42,846 bases of DNA from Verrucomicrobiales bacterium (GTDB lineage: Bacteria > Verrucomicrobiota > Verrucomicrobiia > Limisphaerales > JAFMIX01): the NCBI GenBank assembly GCA_031371425.1, contig JANMJO010000221.1:1-42846 (forward strand). Reading direction: 5' to 3'. The position numbers and the translations under genes are program-made. Within the stretch, counting starts at the first letter, position 1. Each line of letters starts with the position of its first letter. Shown here one piece after another: positions 25,685 through 35,036 of the stretch. The notes beneath the pieces were generated by a model. It saw nothing but the letters and a program-made list of their open reading frames with translations, was not told the DNA's origin and did not search any database.

Positions 25685-28069
25685 TCAATCTGCAAGTGTC
25701 AACGTGATTGTGCCACCCATAATGCCTGCGGCTGCTGCGGAAACCTCGACGGTGACCGGCTTTGACTTGCCGGGTCGGCCTGCCGCCTTGATGAATGCCG
25801 CGCACGCGCCGTGATACGCGTGGCGTGTGGCCGACTGAAACAGCTCATGGCTGTCATTATCGCCATTGTCCACGGCGGCGATGACGCCCGGCCCTACGAC
25901 CTTGAACGTGATCAAACCATCCGCGAGCGGCACGGGAATACCCGCCGCATCCACGATGGTTGCGCGGACGATCGCCACGTCGTCCCACGAAGTTCCGAGT
26001 TTCGAGTTTCGGGTTTCGAGTTTGATGGCCGCCGGCGCGCCGGCGGTGCGGAATTCGTCGGCTGCAACCACCTTGCCGCTGTTTCTCGCGACGGCTTTCA
26101 ACGTGCCGGTGGCAAACGGGATTTTCCAGACACGCGGCGAGGCGTCGGCGTTGATTTTTTTCGAGCCAAGCGAATTACCGTTGAGCAACAAGTCCACTTC
26201 CTCGCAATTCGAGTAGGCCTCGACCGTTTCGTCGTGCGGCGCGGAATCGCTCGGCGTCCAGTCGGCAAACTGCACTTGCGTGAACAGTTCCTTGCCGCCG
26301 TAGCCGGGGTCATTGGGCATCAAGTCATTTGCTGCAACGCGGCGGACGAGGCGCACCATCGGCGCATCGCTCCACCAACTTTGGCGCTCGAAGGCCATGG
26401 GTTTCACCGCGCCGGTGCGGTCGAGCAAGCCGCCCGCATAGCCGACGCGCGGCCATTTGCGCGACTCGCCAAAATAATCCACGCCCACCCAGAGAAACTG
26501 TCCCGCAAGCGAAGGATTATCCCGCAGCCCGAGCCATTGCTGCCGGTCATGCCGTTGCTCGGTGTTGATAATCGTTCGCCCCGGTTTGGCGCGCTGCGCG
26601 GCGAGCAGTTCGTTGTCCCGATAATTCGTGCCGATGACATCGAGCGAGTCGGCGAGGCCGTTGGTGTAATCGCCGCTCGTGTTCGGACGGAACAACGCCT
26701 GCGTGACCGGGCGCGTGGGGTCGTTCGTGTGACAAACTTCGGCGAGGCCGCGAGCAATTGGAATGGCGATTTTCGGCTTGGACGTGTCGTGGATTTCGTT
26801 GCCGATGTTCCAGAGGACGACGCTGGGGTGGTTGCGGTCGCGGCGCACGGTGTCAGCGGCGTCGCGCTTCGACCACTCCTTGAAGAAGAGGTGATAGTCG
26901 AATGGATTTTTTTCGACTAGCCAGCAATCAAAGAACTCGTCCATCACAAAAAATCCCATGCGGTCACACAAATCCAAAAAATCCGGCGCGGGCGACTGGT
27001 GCGCCGTGCGGATGGCATTCACACCGAGCGAGCGCAGAGTTTTCAAGCGGTCTTCCCAAATCGACACCGGCACGGCCACTCCGAACGCGCCGCCGTCGTG
27101 GTGCAAACAGACGCCTTTGAGCACGACTTTCTTTCCGTTCAGCACGAAGCCTTGTTCCGGCGTGAACTTCGCGTCGCGGATGCCAAACTTGACCGTCTGA
27201 ACTTGGTGGATTTCTTTGCCGAACAAGATGCGCGCCACACCCTGATACAACACGGGATGCTCCGAGTCCCACAGCATAGGCGAGGCGACGGTGACTTCCT
27301 GCGTGACGGTGAGGCTCGCGCCGGGCGCGATGATTTGTGGCGGCGTGCTGGTGCGGCAGATGGGATTGCCGCCGGGCGGCCAGATGTAAAACTCCACCGC
27401 CATCCGAGCGGGCTGACTGGATTGATTGGTGACGGTGCTTTGCGCGCGGACAACGGCGGACGTGGCGCTCACGAACGGCGTAGAAACAAACGGACTCGCC
27501 TCCTCGAAGTGAACGCGCGGCAGCGGACGGAGTCGGACATGCCGGTAAATGCCCGCACCCGAATACCAGCGCGACGCCGGCTGGGCGGAGGTATCGCAGC
27601 GGACGGCGAGGACGTTGATTTTCCCCGGCACGAGCCAAGGCGTGAGGTCGCACGAGAAACCAACATAGCCGTTGGGACGACCTCCGACCCGATGGCCGTT
27701 GAACCAGACATCGCTGTTCTGCATGACGCCATCGAATTCTACAATCCAGAGGTGATTGCTAAACTGGCCGAGGCTTTCCCACGCCGCGCCGCCAAAACTC
27801 TGCCGATACCACGCCACACCGCCGGGCAGAAACCCGCCGCCACCGCCAGTCTTGTTCGTCTCCGCGAATGGCCCGGCAATACTCCAGTCATGTGGCAGGT
27901 CAATCTGCTTCCAACTCGAATCATCGAAGCCCGGCTGCTCCGCGCCAGACGGATTACCTTGAAAGAATTTCCAATCGGCGTCCAGCGGGTCGCCTGCGCG
28001 GGCTGGGGCGACAAGCCGGCTGCCAAACAGACAACCGGTGATGAGGGTCAAGGTGAGTAATAGTTTCAT
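25685..28069 (-). CDS. Glycoside hydrolase family 2 (beta-galactosidase/beta-glucuronidase-like)
   Basis: Signal peptide present. GH2 sugar-binding N-terminus DADWKFFQGNPSGAEQPGFDDSSWKQIDLPHDW. Acid/base motif NHPSVVLWNIGNE. C-terminal Ig-like domains. ATGA overlap with the upstream gene at 28066-28069. Confidence 0.88.
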   Translation of the reverse strand: MKLLLTLTLITGCLFGSRLVAPARAGDPLDADWKFFQGNPSGAEQPGFDDSSWKQIDLPHDWSIAGPFAETNKTGGGGGFLPGGVAWYRQSFGGAAWESLGQFSNHLWIVEFDGVMQNSDVWFNGHRVGGRPNGYVGFSCDLTPWLVPGKINVLAVRCDTSAQPASRWYSGAGIYRHVRLRPLPRVHFEEASPFVSTPFVSATSAVVRAQSTVTNQSSQPARMAVEFYIWPPGGNPICRTSTPPQIIAPGASLTVTQEVTVASPMLWDSEHPVLYQGVARILFGKEIHQVQTVKFGIRDAKFTPEQGFVLNGKKVVLKGVCLHHDGGAFGVAVPVSIWEDRLKTLRSLGVNAIRTAHQSPAPDFLDLCDRMGFFVMDEFFDCWLVEKNPFDYHLFFKEWSKRDAADTVRRDRNHPSVVLWNIGNEIHDTSKPKIAIPIARGLAEVCHTNDPTRPVTQALFRPNTSGDYTNGLADSLDVIGTNYRDNELLAAQRAKPGRTIINTEQRHDRQQWLGLRDNPSLAGQFLWVGVDYFGESRKWPRVGYAGGLLDRTGAVKPMAFERQSWWSDAPMVRLVRRVAANDLMPNDPGYGGKELFTQVQFADWTPSDSAPHDETVEAYSNCEEVDLLLNGNSLGSKKINADASPRVWKIPFATGTLKAVARNSGKVVAADEFRTAGAPAAIKLETRNSKLGTSWDDVAIVRATIVDAAGIPVPLADGLITFKVVGPGVIAAVDNGDNDSHELFQSATRHAYHGACAAFIKAAGRPGKSKPVTVEVSAAAAGIMGGTITLTLAD

Positions 28070-30645
28070 GCGCGATTAATTTCCTTCCGGTTTGTATTTG
28101 TCAGGCTGCCGACTTTCGCCGCCCGGCAGGTTTGCAATCTCCACCGACTGCAGCTTGGCAAGGCTGACTGATTTCGCAGGTAGATGGCGGGCGCAGCCGG
28201 CTGCTGCGCTTTCGGCAGCACCCATTTCATTCCGGGCTTCAGCTTGGCGCGGATGGTTTCTGACGCAAATTGCACTTCGACCTGACTGGCGTTATGCAGA
28301 TTGAAATGCACACGCGCGACGGCAGCTTCGGCAGGCTTGACCAGAATCACTCCGCGCTTTCGCTCCGCCTGACGATTCCAAGCCCGCAAAGTTCCATCCG
28401 CGCGTTCCACGACAAAAGCGTTGGGAACAAATTCTTCGCCCATGATTCGGAAATGTTCGTGGACGTCGCTATCGCAACTCCAGCCGGGCTTGCGAATGGC
28501 GGCCACTTGACCCGGCGGAACTTGCCACCAGTCGCTGATCATCGGCAGCCATTGTTCGCCGATGATGGTGGAAACATATTTGCCATCGCCGGGCTTTTCC
28601 GGATCGGGAACGAATTGCCCGACCTTGACGTAAGGATCGGGAACGAAAGCCCAGCGCAAAGTTCCCGACTTGAGATCAATCGCCTGCGCGCACGTGCCCA
28701 TCGCGTTGAAAGCCACGTCGAGATACCGCTCCTGTCCGGTCAGCAGATACAGGTAGAGCGCGCCGAACTGGCTGCGCATCGTCCAGCCGTGCGGCGAGTT
28801 CATCATGTTTGGCCCTTTGGTCAGCACGTCATACTGCGCTTCCCACCAACGCAACGTGCCGCCGCGCATCCGGCCATCCGGGATCAGCGCCTGCGTCAGA
28901 CATTCATGCCGCCGCTGAACCTCGATGCTGCCGGCCAGATACCGGTCTCGCTCGGCGCAGTCGTCGGCCATGAGCGCGTGCAACGCGAGCAGCGACCACG
29001 CGCTGCCGGCCTGATTATCTTCGTAGGTCTGATCGCCCTCGGTTGCGCCCAGGTCTTTTACTTTTTCCAGATTCGCCACGGAGCGGGCTATGGAAATGGT
29101 GTGCCGGTCGAAGCGTTCTTTCCACCGCGCATCCGCGCCGGCGAGCGGACGCTCGAACGAAACTAGGTGCGAGAGAAATTCCGAACCCAGCGTCAGCGCG
29201 CCGTAGCTGTTCTTGCCGTGGGAATATGCGCCGTCCGATTTTTGAAACTTGGCGATGAACAAGTCCGCCCATTTCGCCGCCTGCTCTAGGTCTTCCGGTT
29301 TTTGCGTGGCGGCATAACGCGTCACCAGCAAACCCAGCATCCACGAACTGTTCTGCGGGCGATCGGGCCACGTTGTTTTGCCCTTGTAGAAGTGGCCGGT
29401 CGCCGGATCAACCATCAAGGCTTGGAACTCCTTGAACTTCTGCTCGGTCTCCGCCAGACGCGCAGCGTCAGGAAAATAAATCTGCGCCCAATACGCGCTG
29501 AAGAAACCCAGCCAGCCCTCGCGATGCGACGACGCCTTCTGCTGCATCCTCAAAGCCTCGGCGCGCGCCGCTTGCAGATACCATCCCCAAGGTTTGCGGA
29601 CATACACGACGGCCTCGCATTGCTTGCCGCCGGCCATCGCGCGAATCGTGATGAGGCCGGGTGTTTGCGGCGCTGGAAATTGATAATGCCGCACCCCGCT
29701 GTTATTTTTTGCCGGGCCGATGGGAACGGCTTGCCCCTGTTCGTCCACGGCGGTGACTTCTGCCGCTGCTTTGCTCGTGGAATACACCATCACGTCCACC
29801 GTCTCACCCGGCGCGACCGTGGTGCGGTCGAGCGCAATGCCCGGTGCGCCGCTCATCGCCGCAACTGCCGGTATGACTTCGTCTAGATCATTCACCGCTC
29901 GCAGCGAAATCCGCCAGCTTCGCGAACCCTGCGGAGGCAACGCCGTTTGATCCTGCGGATGACGCGCCGGCAACGGAGTCGCGTGCAGCACATCCAAGTG
30001 CGTGGTGGCGATGCGATGCCCGTTGCCGATGTAGCCAAGCGCCCACGATGCCACCGGGTCTTTCGATGCGATTGCCAGCACCTGACCGTTCGGCGTCTCG
30101 AAGTAGCCCCAGAAGTGCGCCCTCTCGCAACGCAGCAGGCTTGGAAAAAACATGGTGAAATAATTTGTGGGATTGTTCATCTCGTGATCAATCCCCAGCA
30201 CCAACCGAACCTCCGGTGCGGCCACGAAAAGCTTATCGCTATCGTTCCGAATCCCAGCCTCAAGCGTCAGATCGCCCGCCTCATCCCGGTAGGCGAGCGA
30301 ATAAACCTGTTCGCCCACGCGCCCCTCAAAAACCAAGCCGTCGCCATTCGTCTTCTTCAGCGAGACCAATCCCTTGCCATCCGCCTTCTGCGCCACGGAC
30401 AACTTCCAGGCAGGGCCGGAGCTACCGTCGGATTTGCGCCAAGGAACATCCACACGCTTGCCGCCAAAAGTCATCGCCAGATTTACGATCGAGCCGTCCG
30501 AGTTAATGATGGCAGTCCAGCCGCCACGGGCAGAATGCAACGTGTAGGTTTGCAGACTGGGTTCAGCCTGCGGTTCAGCGGCGGTGGCAGAAGCCGCCAC
30601 GGCGCAAAATAATAAAACCCAGAATAGCGGCAAGTGTGGCTTCAT
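28066..30645 (-). CDS. Uncharacterised secreted protein (859 aa), candidate novel pectin-active enzyme
   Basis: Start at MKPHLPLFWVLLFCAVAASATAAEP (ATG 30645), with ATGA overlaps at both ends (30642-30645 and 28066-28069). The N-terminal half looks beta-rich. The C-terminal half is helix-rich and Trp-rich (GWLGFFSAYWAQIYF, SSWMLGLLVTRYA, AGSAWSLLALHAL, RWWEAQYD, SPHGWTMRSQFGALYLYLLTG), suggesting an (alpha/alpha)-toroid. No family recognised by eye. Confidence 0.7.
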   Translation of the reverse strand: MKPHLPLFWVLLFCAVAASATAAEPQAEPSLQTYTLHSARGGWTAIINSDGSIVNLAMTFGGKRVDVPWRKSDGSSGPAWKLSVAQKADGKGLVSLKKTNGDGLVFEGRVGEQVYSLAYRDEAGDLTLEAGIRNDSDKLFVAAPEVRLVLGIDHEMNNPTNYFTMFFPSLLRCERAHFWGYFETPNGQVLAIASKDPVASWALGYIGNGHRIATTHLDVLHATPLPARHPQDQTALPPQGSRSWRISLRAVNDLDEVIPAVAAMSGAPGIALDRTTVAPGETVDVMVYSTSKAAAEVTAVDEQGQAVPIGPAKNNSGVRHYQFPAPQTPGLITIRAMAGGKQCEAVVYVRKPWGWYLQAARAEALRMQQKASSHREGWLGFFSAYWAQIYFPDAARLAETEQKFKEFQALMVDPATGHFYKGKTTWPDRPQNSSWMLGLLVTRYAATQKPEDLEQAAKWADLFIAKFQKSDGAYSHGKNSYGALTLGSEFLSHLVSFERPLAGADARWKERFDRHTISIARSVANLEKVKDLGATEGDQTYEDNQAGSAWSLLALHALMADDCAERDRYLAGSIEVQRRHECLTQALIPDGRMRGGTLRWWEAQYDVLTKGPNMMNSPHGWTMRSQFGALYLYLLTGQERYLDVAFNAMGTCAQAIDLKSGTLRWAFVPDPYVKVGQFVPDPEKPGDGKYVSTIIGEQWLPMISDWWQVPPGQVAAIRKPGWSCDSDVHEHFRIMGEEFVPNAFVVERADGTLRAWNRQAERKRGVILVKPAEAAVARVHFNLHNASQVEVQFASETIRAKLKPGMKWVLPKAQQPAAPAIYLRNQSALPSCSRWRLQTCRAAKVGSLTNTNRKEINRA

Positions 30646-32246
30646 AATTGAAGGGTTAGCCAACTCATCGCTTGTTGATACGAATGTTTTCCAGTTTCAC
30701 AAAGCTGAAAAAGCTCCGACGGCAGCAGCGACTTGCCCCAAATGACATTTCCCTTTCCAAAGCGATGTTCTTTCGCAGAGCGCCCGTCGCAGTCGCCCCA
30801 GACTTCTTCGCCGATCTTTTTTATCTCGGCAACGCAGTCGGAGAAATTCTTCAGTCCGTGAGATTCAATCAGTTCCCCATCTTGAACAGTCATGCGCGTA
30901 AGAAATTCCCGTTCGCCACACGCGTCACCCGCGAATCCAGTCAGGCGGCTCGCGGTCTTGCCCTCAAGAAAATAGCAGATGTCGCGGTAATAATTCCACT
31001 GCGGGACAACTTTCGCGCCGTTGATGCGCGGCGCGGCGGGCGCGGGCGGCGTGAGGATGTAGGGCGCGACGTTCGTGAGCGCGGGCGCGAGCGGCGGCAG
31101 AATCTTGTGCGGCGGCGCGATGCCCACGAAGTCCTTCGCCATCTGCGGATACAAATCCGCGAGCGCGTTCACGTCGTAGCGACCGCCGTTTTTTTCCGGT
31201 TCAACTTTTGGTGCGATGTTCACGACGACGTTCGTTGCGACCGGCGCGTTGGTCTCCTGACTCTTGAAATTTGCGTGTTGCCCGCCACCCGCGTTCACTC
31301 CCTTGTGGTCGAATAGGGCCTCGCGATGGCGCGTGGCTTCCCAGATGAACGTGCCCCAGCCTTTCGCATCCGGCGTATTAAACATCAGCTCGTTGATGAA
31401 GCGCTTGCGCCCGGAATATTCTACGACGAGCTGGCCGTGGTTCGGGTAGCGCGTGGCGAGGTCGTCGAAATTGCGTTGCCAGTCGCCCTCCTGCGCCTGC
31501 GCGTAGCAGGACATTCCGAAGAGGTCGAAGTCCACGCCGTGCTTCAGGAAATTATCAATCCACGAGCGCATCCGCGCATTGTCGCGACCGAGATGATGAT
31601 GCAAAACGATTTTGATTTTTGGATCAACCTCGCGCACGGCACGGCAGCCAGCGCCCACGAGCGCGGCGAAATTCTCCGGCTTGCTGCGGCTGCCGTCGGT
31701 AAACAGCAGGCCATCGGAAATCTCGTTGCCCACCTGCACCATGTCCGGCTGCGTGCCGTTGTCGCGGAGTGCGGTCACGACATCGCGCGTGTAGTCGTGG
31801 ACCTTGTTCGTAAGTTCGGCGAAGGATAGTTCGCGCCACGCGCCGGGTTTGTCTTGATGGCCGGGCGAAGTCCAGGTGTCGCCGTAATGGATGTCGAGCA
31901 GGAGCCCCATGCCGTGCGCCTTCGCACGCGTGGCGAGCACCTTGACGTGCGCGAGGTCGCAGAACGCCTCGGACTTTTTCGCCGCGTAACCGTTCGTCGC
32001 GCCGGGATTCACGAAGAGGCGCAGGCGGATGAAATTGATTTTGCGGGCGGCGAGTATGTCGAAGATGTCGCGCTTCACGCCATGATCAAAATACTCCGCG
32101 CCGTCGGCCTCGTCCTCCTGCGTCCACGAAACTTCCGCGCCGAGGATGAACGGCCCGGTGCGGGAATTTTTGTTGGTAATGGCATCTGCCGCCGTTGCAG
32201 CGAGCGCGGCGGCAAGGAGTGTCATTAAAGCAACTAGCGTTTTCAT
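30642..32246 (-). CDS. GH53 arabinogalactan endo-beta-1,4-galactanase with ~160-aa C-terminal extension
   Basis: Start at MKTLVALMTLLAAALAATA (ATG 32246). GH53 hallmarks are ILGAEVSW, INFIRLRLFVNP, LLLDIHYGDTWTSPGHQ, the acid/base DMVQVGNEI and the nucleophile region LVVEYSG. The extension from aa ~376 is unassigned. Confidence 0.88.
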   Translation of the reverse strand: MKTLVALMTLLAAALAATAADAITNKNSRTGPFILGAEVSWTQEDEADGAEYFDHGVKRDIFDILAARKINFIRLRLFVNPGATNGYAAKKSEAFCDLAHVKVLATRAKAHGMGLLLDIHYGDTWTSPGHQDKPGAWRELSFAELTNKVHDYTRDVVTALRDNGTQPDMVQVGNEISDGLLFTDGSRSKPENFAALVGAGCRAVREVDPKIKIVLHHHLGRDNARMRSWIDNFLKHGVDFDLFGMSCYAQAQEGDWQRNFDDLATRYPNHGQLVVEYSGRKRFINELMFNTPDAKGWGTFIWEATRHREALFDHKGVNAGGGQHANFKSQETNAPVATNVVVNIAPKVEPEKNGGRYDVNALADLYPQMAKDFVGIAPPHKILPPLAPALTNVAPYILTPPAPAAPRINGAKVVPQWNYYRDICYFLEGKTASRLTGFAGDACGEREFLTRMTVQDGELIESHGLKNFSDCVAEIKKIGEEVWGDCDGRSAKEHRFGKGNVIWGKSLLPSELFQLCETGKHSYQQAMSWLTLQL

Positions 32247-32286
32247 GTTCAAATTTTTCGGCGCAGTCTGGAGCGCCTCCGTCCGG

Positions 32287-34935
32287 CTAATTCGCGCGGA
32301 TTGTTGTCGTCGCGGTCGCCAGCCCGTCCGACTTAGCCGTGAGCGTGATTTTGCCGGGCGCGGTGGCGCGGATGATGACGAGCGCGAGGCCGTTGTAGGC
32401 CTTGCGGTCGGGCGATTGGAACGATTCAAAGCTCGTCGCGTCGCCGTTGTCGGTCGCGACTATTTCGCCCGGGCCGGTGATGGAGAAATGAATCTGGTTC
32501 TTCGAGCGCGGCACGAGGTCACCGCGTTGGTCGGCGATGGTCGCGGTGATGAAGCTCAAATCTTTTCCGGCGGCGGCAATCTTCGCGCGGTCGGCGGAGA
32601 GCGCGAGTTTCGCCGCTGCGCCGGTGGTGTGGACGGATTCGCCCGCCCAGCGTTTGCCGTTTTTGTAGGCGACGACTTTGAGTTCGCCGGGTTGATAAAC
32701 CACGTCGTTCCAGCGCAGGCGATATTCAAACTTACCCTTGGATTTTTTGCCGAGCGATTTGCCGTTGAGAAAAAGTTCAGCCGAGTCGCCACTGGTGTAA
32801 ACGAACACCGGCGTGACCTGCCCGACGCGCTCCGGCCAGTTCCAGTGCGGGAGAATGTGCGCCATCGGAAAATCAGGACGCCAGTGCGCTTGGTAAAGAT
32901 AGAAGCGGTCTTTCTTGAAGCCCGCCAAATCCACGATGCCGAAGTAGGAGCTGCGCGACGGCACTCGGATTTTGCCGAGCCGGTCGAGTTCCTCTTTCGC
33001 CTTCACCTTGTCCTCGGGCGTGGAGTAGTTCAGCAGGTTGCTCACGTCGGCATTGAACGGCGTCGGCTCGCCGAGATAATCGAAACCCGTCCAGACAAAT
33101 TCGCCCGCGACGAACGGATTCTCCTCCTGCCCGCGCCACTCTATGTCGGGCGTCGTTGCCCAGCTCGGCACGAAGTTGTCATACGAGCTGACCTGGAAAT
33201 CCGACAGGCTGGCGTTGGTGCTCGCGGATTTCTCGGTGCGAGTGTTCTTGGATTTAAACTCCGTCGGCACAGGGAAGAAATATTCGCCACGCGAACTCAC
33301 CGTGGATGAAGTTTCGCTGGCGACGAAGGGGACGAGCGCGTTCGTCTTGCGGAAGTCGGCGTAGAAAAACGGCCGGTAATTCCAGCCGAACACGTCGAAG
33401 TGATTTTGAAAACCGCTGAAGCCCGCCTTGGTGGAACTCACCGCCGTTGTGCAAGGCCGCGTCGGGTCTTCGGAATGGATGATGCCGCGGTGTTTCTCCG
33501 CGAGTGCCGGGCCGGCGGCTTTGTCCTGGTCGGAAACCTCATTGCCACTGCTCCACAGGATCACGCTCGGATGATTCCGGTCGCGGCGCACGAGCGCGCG
33601 CAAATCCGCCTCGTGCCAGTCGCGGTAGAGGACGTGGTAATCGTTTTTATTTTTCCCCGAAGCCCAGCAATCGAACGCCTCATCCATCACGAGGAAACCC
33701 AGTTGGTCACACAGGTTGAGCAGTTCCGGCGTGGGCGGATTGTGCGAGGTGCGGATGGCGTTGCAGCCGAACTCGCGGAGGATTTCCAACTGCCGCTCCA
33801 GCGCGCGGGTGTTGATCGCGCTGCCGAGCGCGCCGAGGTCGTGGTGGTCGCACACGCCTTGAATCTGCACCCGCTCGCCGTTCAGGAGAAAACCGTTCGT
33901 GACAGTGAACTCAATCGTGCGGATGCCGAACGGCGTCTCGACTTCGTCCACAATTTTTCCATTCTGCGAAACCGTGGTGACAGCGACGTAGCGGTTCGGA
34001 TGCGCGATGCTCCAGAGTTTGGGTCTTGAAATGGGGACGGTTTGCGCCACGTCTGCCTCCGAAGCTACGAACGCCGTAGCACCCGCGCTAATCTTTGTTC
34101 CAGCACCTTCGAGCCACGAGACCGCATTTTTTGATTTCGTGCCGTCCGGGTTAAGTGGATAAATGGCCGTCTCGACTTTTACTGTCGCATCGGCAGCGGA
34201 GATATTGTCCAAGCTCACCTTCACATGAATCATCGCCGACTTTGCGCTCACCTGCGGCGTCGTGACCGCCACGCCCCAGTGCGCAACGTGCACGGGCGCG
34301 GATTTCACGAGCCAGACGTTGCGGTAGATGCCGCCGCCGGGATACCAGCGCGATGACTCCTTGGGATTGTCGAGGCGGATGGCGAGCACATTCTCACCGC
34401 CGAACTTCACGAACGGCGTGAGGTCAACGCGCCACGACGAGTAACCGTAAGGCCAGCCGCCGACCAGTTTTCCGTTCAACCACACGCTCGCGTAAGCCAT
34501 CGCTCCGTCCACATCGAGCGCGATTTGTTTGCCGTCGTCGGCGGCGGACACGGAGAATTTTTTCCGATACCACGCAACGCCCGACCACGGCAGCTTGCCC
34601 GTCTCGCCGGGGAGCTTCCAATCGAATGGCCCTTCCACGCCGAAATCATGCGGCAGGTTCAGCTTGCGCCAAGCACTGTCGTCGAAGCCGGGCTGCGCGA
34701 ACGCCACGTCCGCCGCCGGCTCACCATCTGGGCGCGCGAACGAATTCGTCGTGCGGAGTGCGTTGCCCGTGGGCAAGACCCACGCCTTGATGTTCGCGTA
34801 GCTCAGGTTTGTCCCCGTGCCGTCGGCATCGCCCTTGTTGAAACGCCAATCGGCATCAAGCGAGATGCGCTCGGCGGCGAGAAGATTCAGGGCGGTCAAG
34901 ATGGCGACGGCGGTCGCGGCGGTGTTGAGTTTCAT
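32287..34935 (-). CDS. Glycoside hydrolase family 2 beta-galactosidase-like (882 aa)
   Basis: Signal peptide present. DADWRFNKGD...FDDSAWRKLNLPHDF, NHPSVILWSSGNEV (acid/base), PFVASETSSTVSSRGEY (nucleophile region), and C-terminal DUF4982/Ig-like domains. Confidence 0.9.
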   Translation of the reverse strand: MKLNTAATAVAILTALNLLAAERISLDADWRFNKGDADGTGTNLSYANIKAWVLPTGNALRTTNSFARPDGEPAADVAFAQPGFDDSAWRKLNLPHDFGVEGPFDWKLPGETGKLPWSGVAWYRKKFSVSAADDGKQIALDVDGAMAYASVWLNGKLVGGWPYGYSSWRVDLTPFVKFGGENVLAIRLDNPKESSRWYPGGGIYRNVWLVKSAPVHVAHWGVAVTTPQVSAKSAMIHVKVSLDNISAADATVKVETAIYPLNPDGTKSKNAVSWLEGAGTKISAGATAFVASEADVAQTVPISRPKLWSIAHPNRYVAVTTVSQNGKIVDEVETPFGIRTIEFTVTNGFLLNGERVQIQGVCDHHDLGALGSAINTRALERQLEILREFGCNAIRTSHNPPTPELLNLCDQLGFLVMDEAFDCWASGKNKNDYHVLYRDWHEADLRALVRRDRNHPSVILWSSGNEVSDQDKAAGPALAEKHRGIIHSEDPTRPCTTAVSSTKAGFSGFQNHFDVFGWNYRPFFYADFRKTNALVPFVASETSSTVSSRGEYFFPVPTEFKSKNTRTEKSASTNASLSDFQVSSYDNFVPSWATTPDIEWRGQEENPFVAGEFVWTGFDYLGEPTPFNADVSNLLNYSTPEDKVKAKEELDRLGKIRVPSRSSYFGIVDLAGFKKDRFYLYQAHWRPDFPMAHILPHWNWPERVGQVTPVFVYTSGDSAELFLNGKSLGKKSKGKFEYRLRWNDVVYQPGELKVVAYKNGKRWAGESVHTTGAAAKLALSADRAKIAAAGKDLSFITATIADQRGDLVPRSKNQIHFSITGPGEIVATDNGDATSFESFQSPDRKAYNGLALVIIRATAPGKITLTAKSDGLATATTTIRAN

Positions 34936-35036
34936 TTGAATGAGTTCCTTGTTTCGGTAGAGCCGGAATATCCGGCATTGGGTTTAACTCTGTGTCCGGC
35001 GAAAATTTATCAGATACCTCCGACGCAACCGCTGCG

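Noticed and set aside
23751-25814. 687-aa plus-strand ORF antisense to the PL4 lyase. Similar cases are 13643..14716, 12916..13746, 36202..37542, 38098..39363, 32146..33309, 25811..26920 and 26999..28060.
   Set aside because: These are typical high-GC shadow ORFs with Arg/His/Pro/Ala-rich composition and no motifs. Each is fully overlapped by a minus-strand gene with clear family signatures.
25996-26023. Four tandem heptamers (cgagttt, with the third copy reading cgggttt) inside the first GH2 gene, a possible slipped-strand frameshift switch
   Set aside because: There are only four copies and one is imperfect. The tract encodes ordinary sequence (KLETRNSKLGT) in a C-terminal Ig-like domain. 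That is too short to be a credible phase-variation tract without population data.
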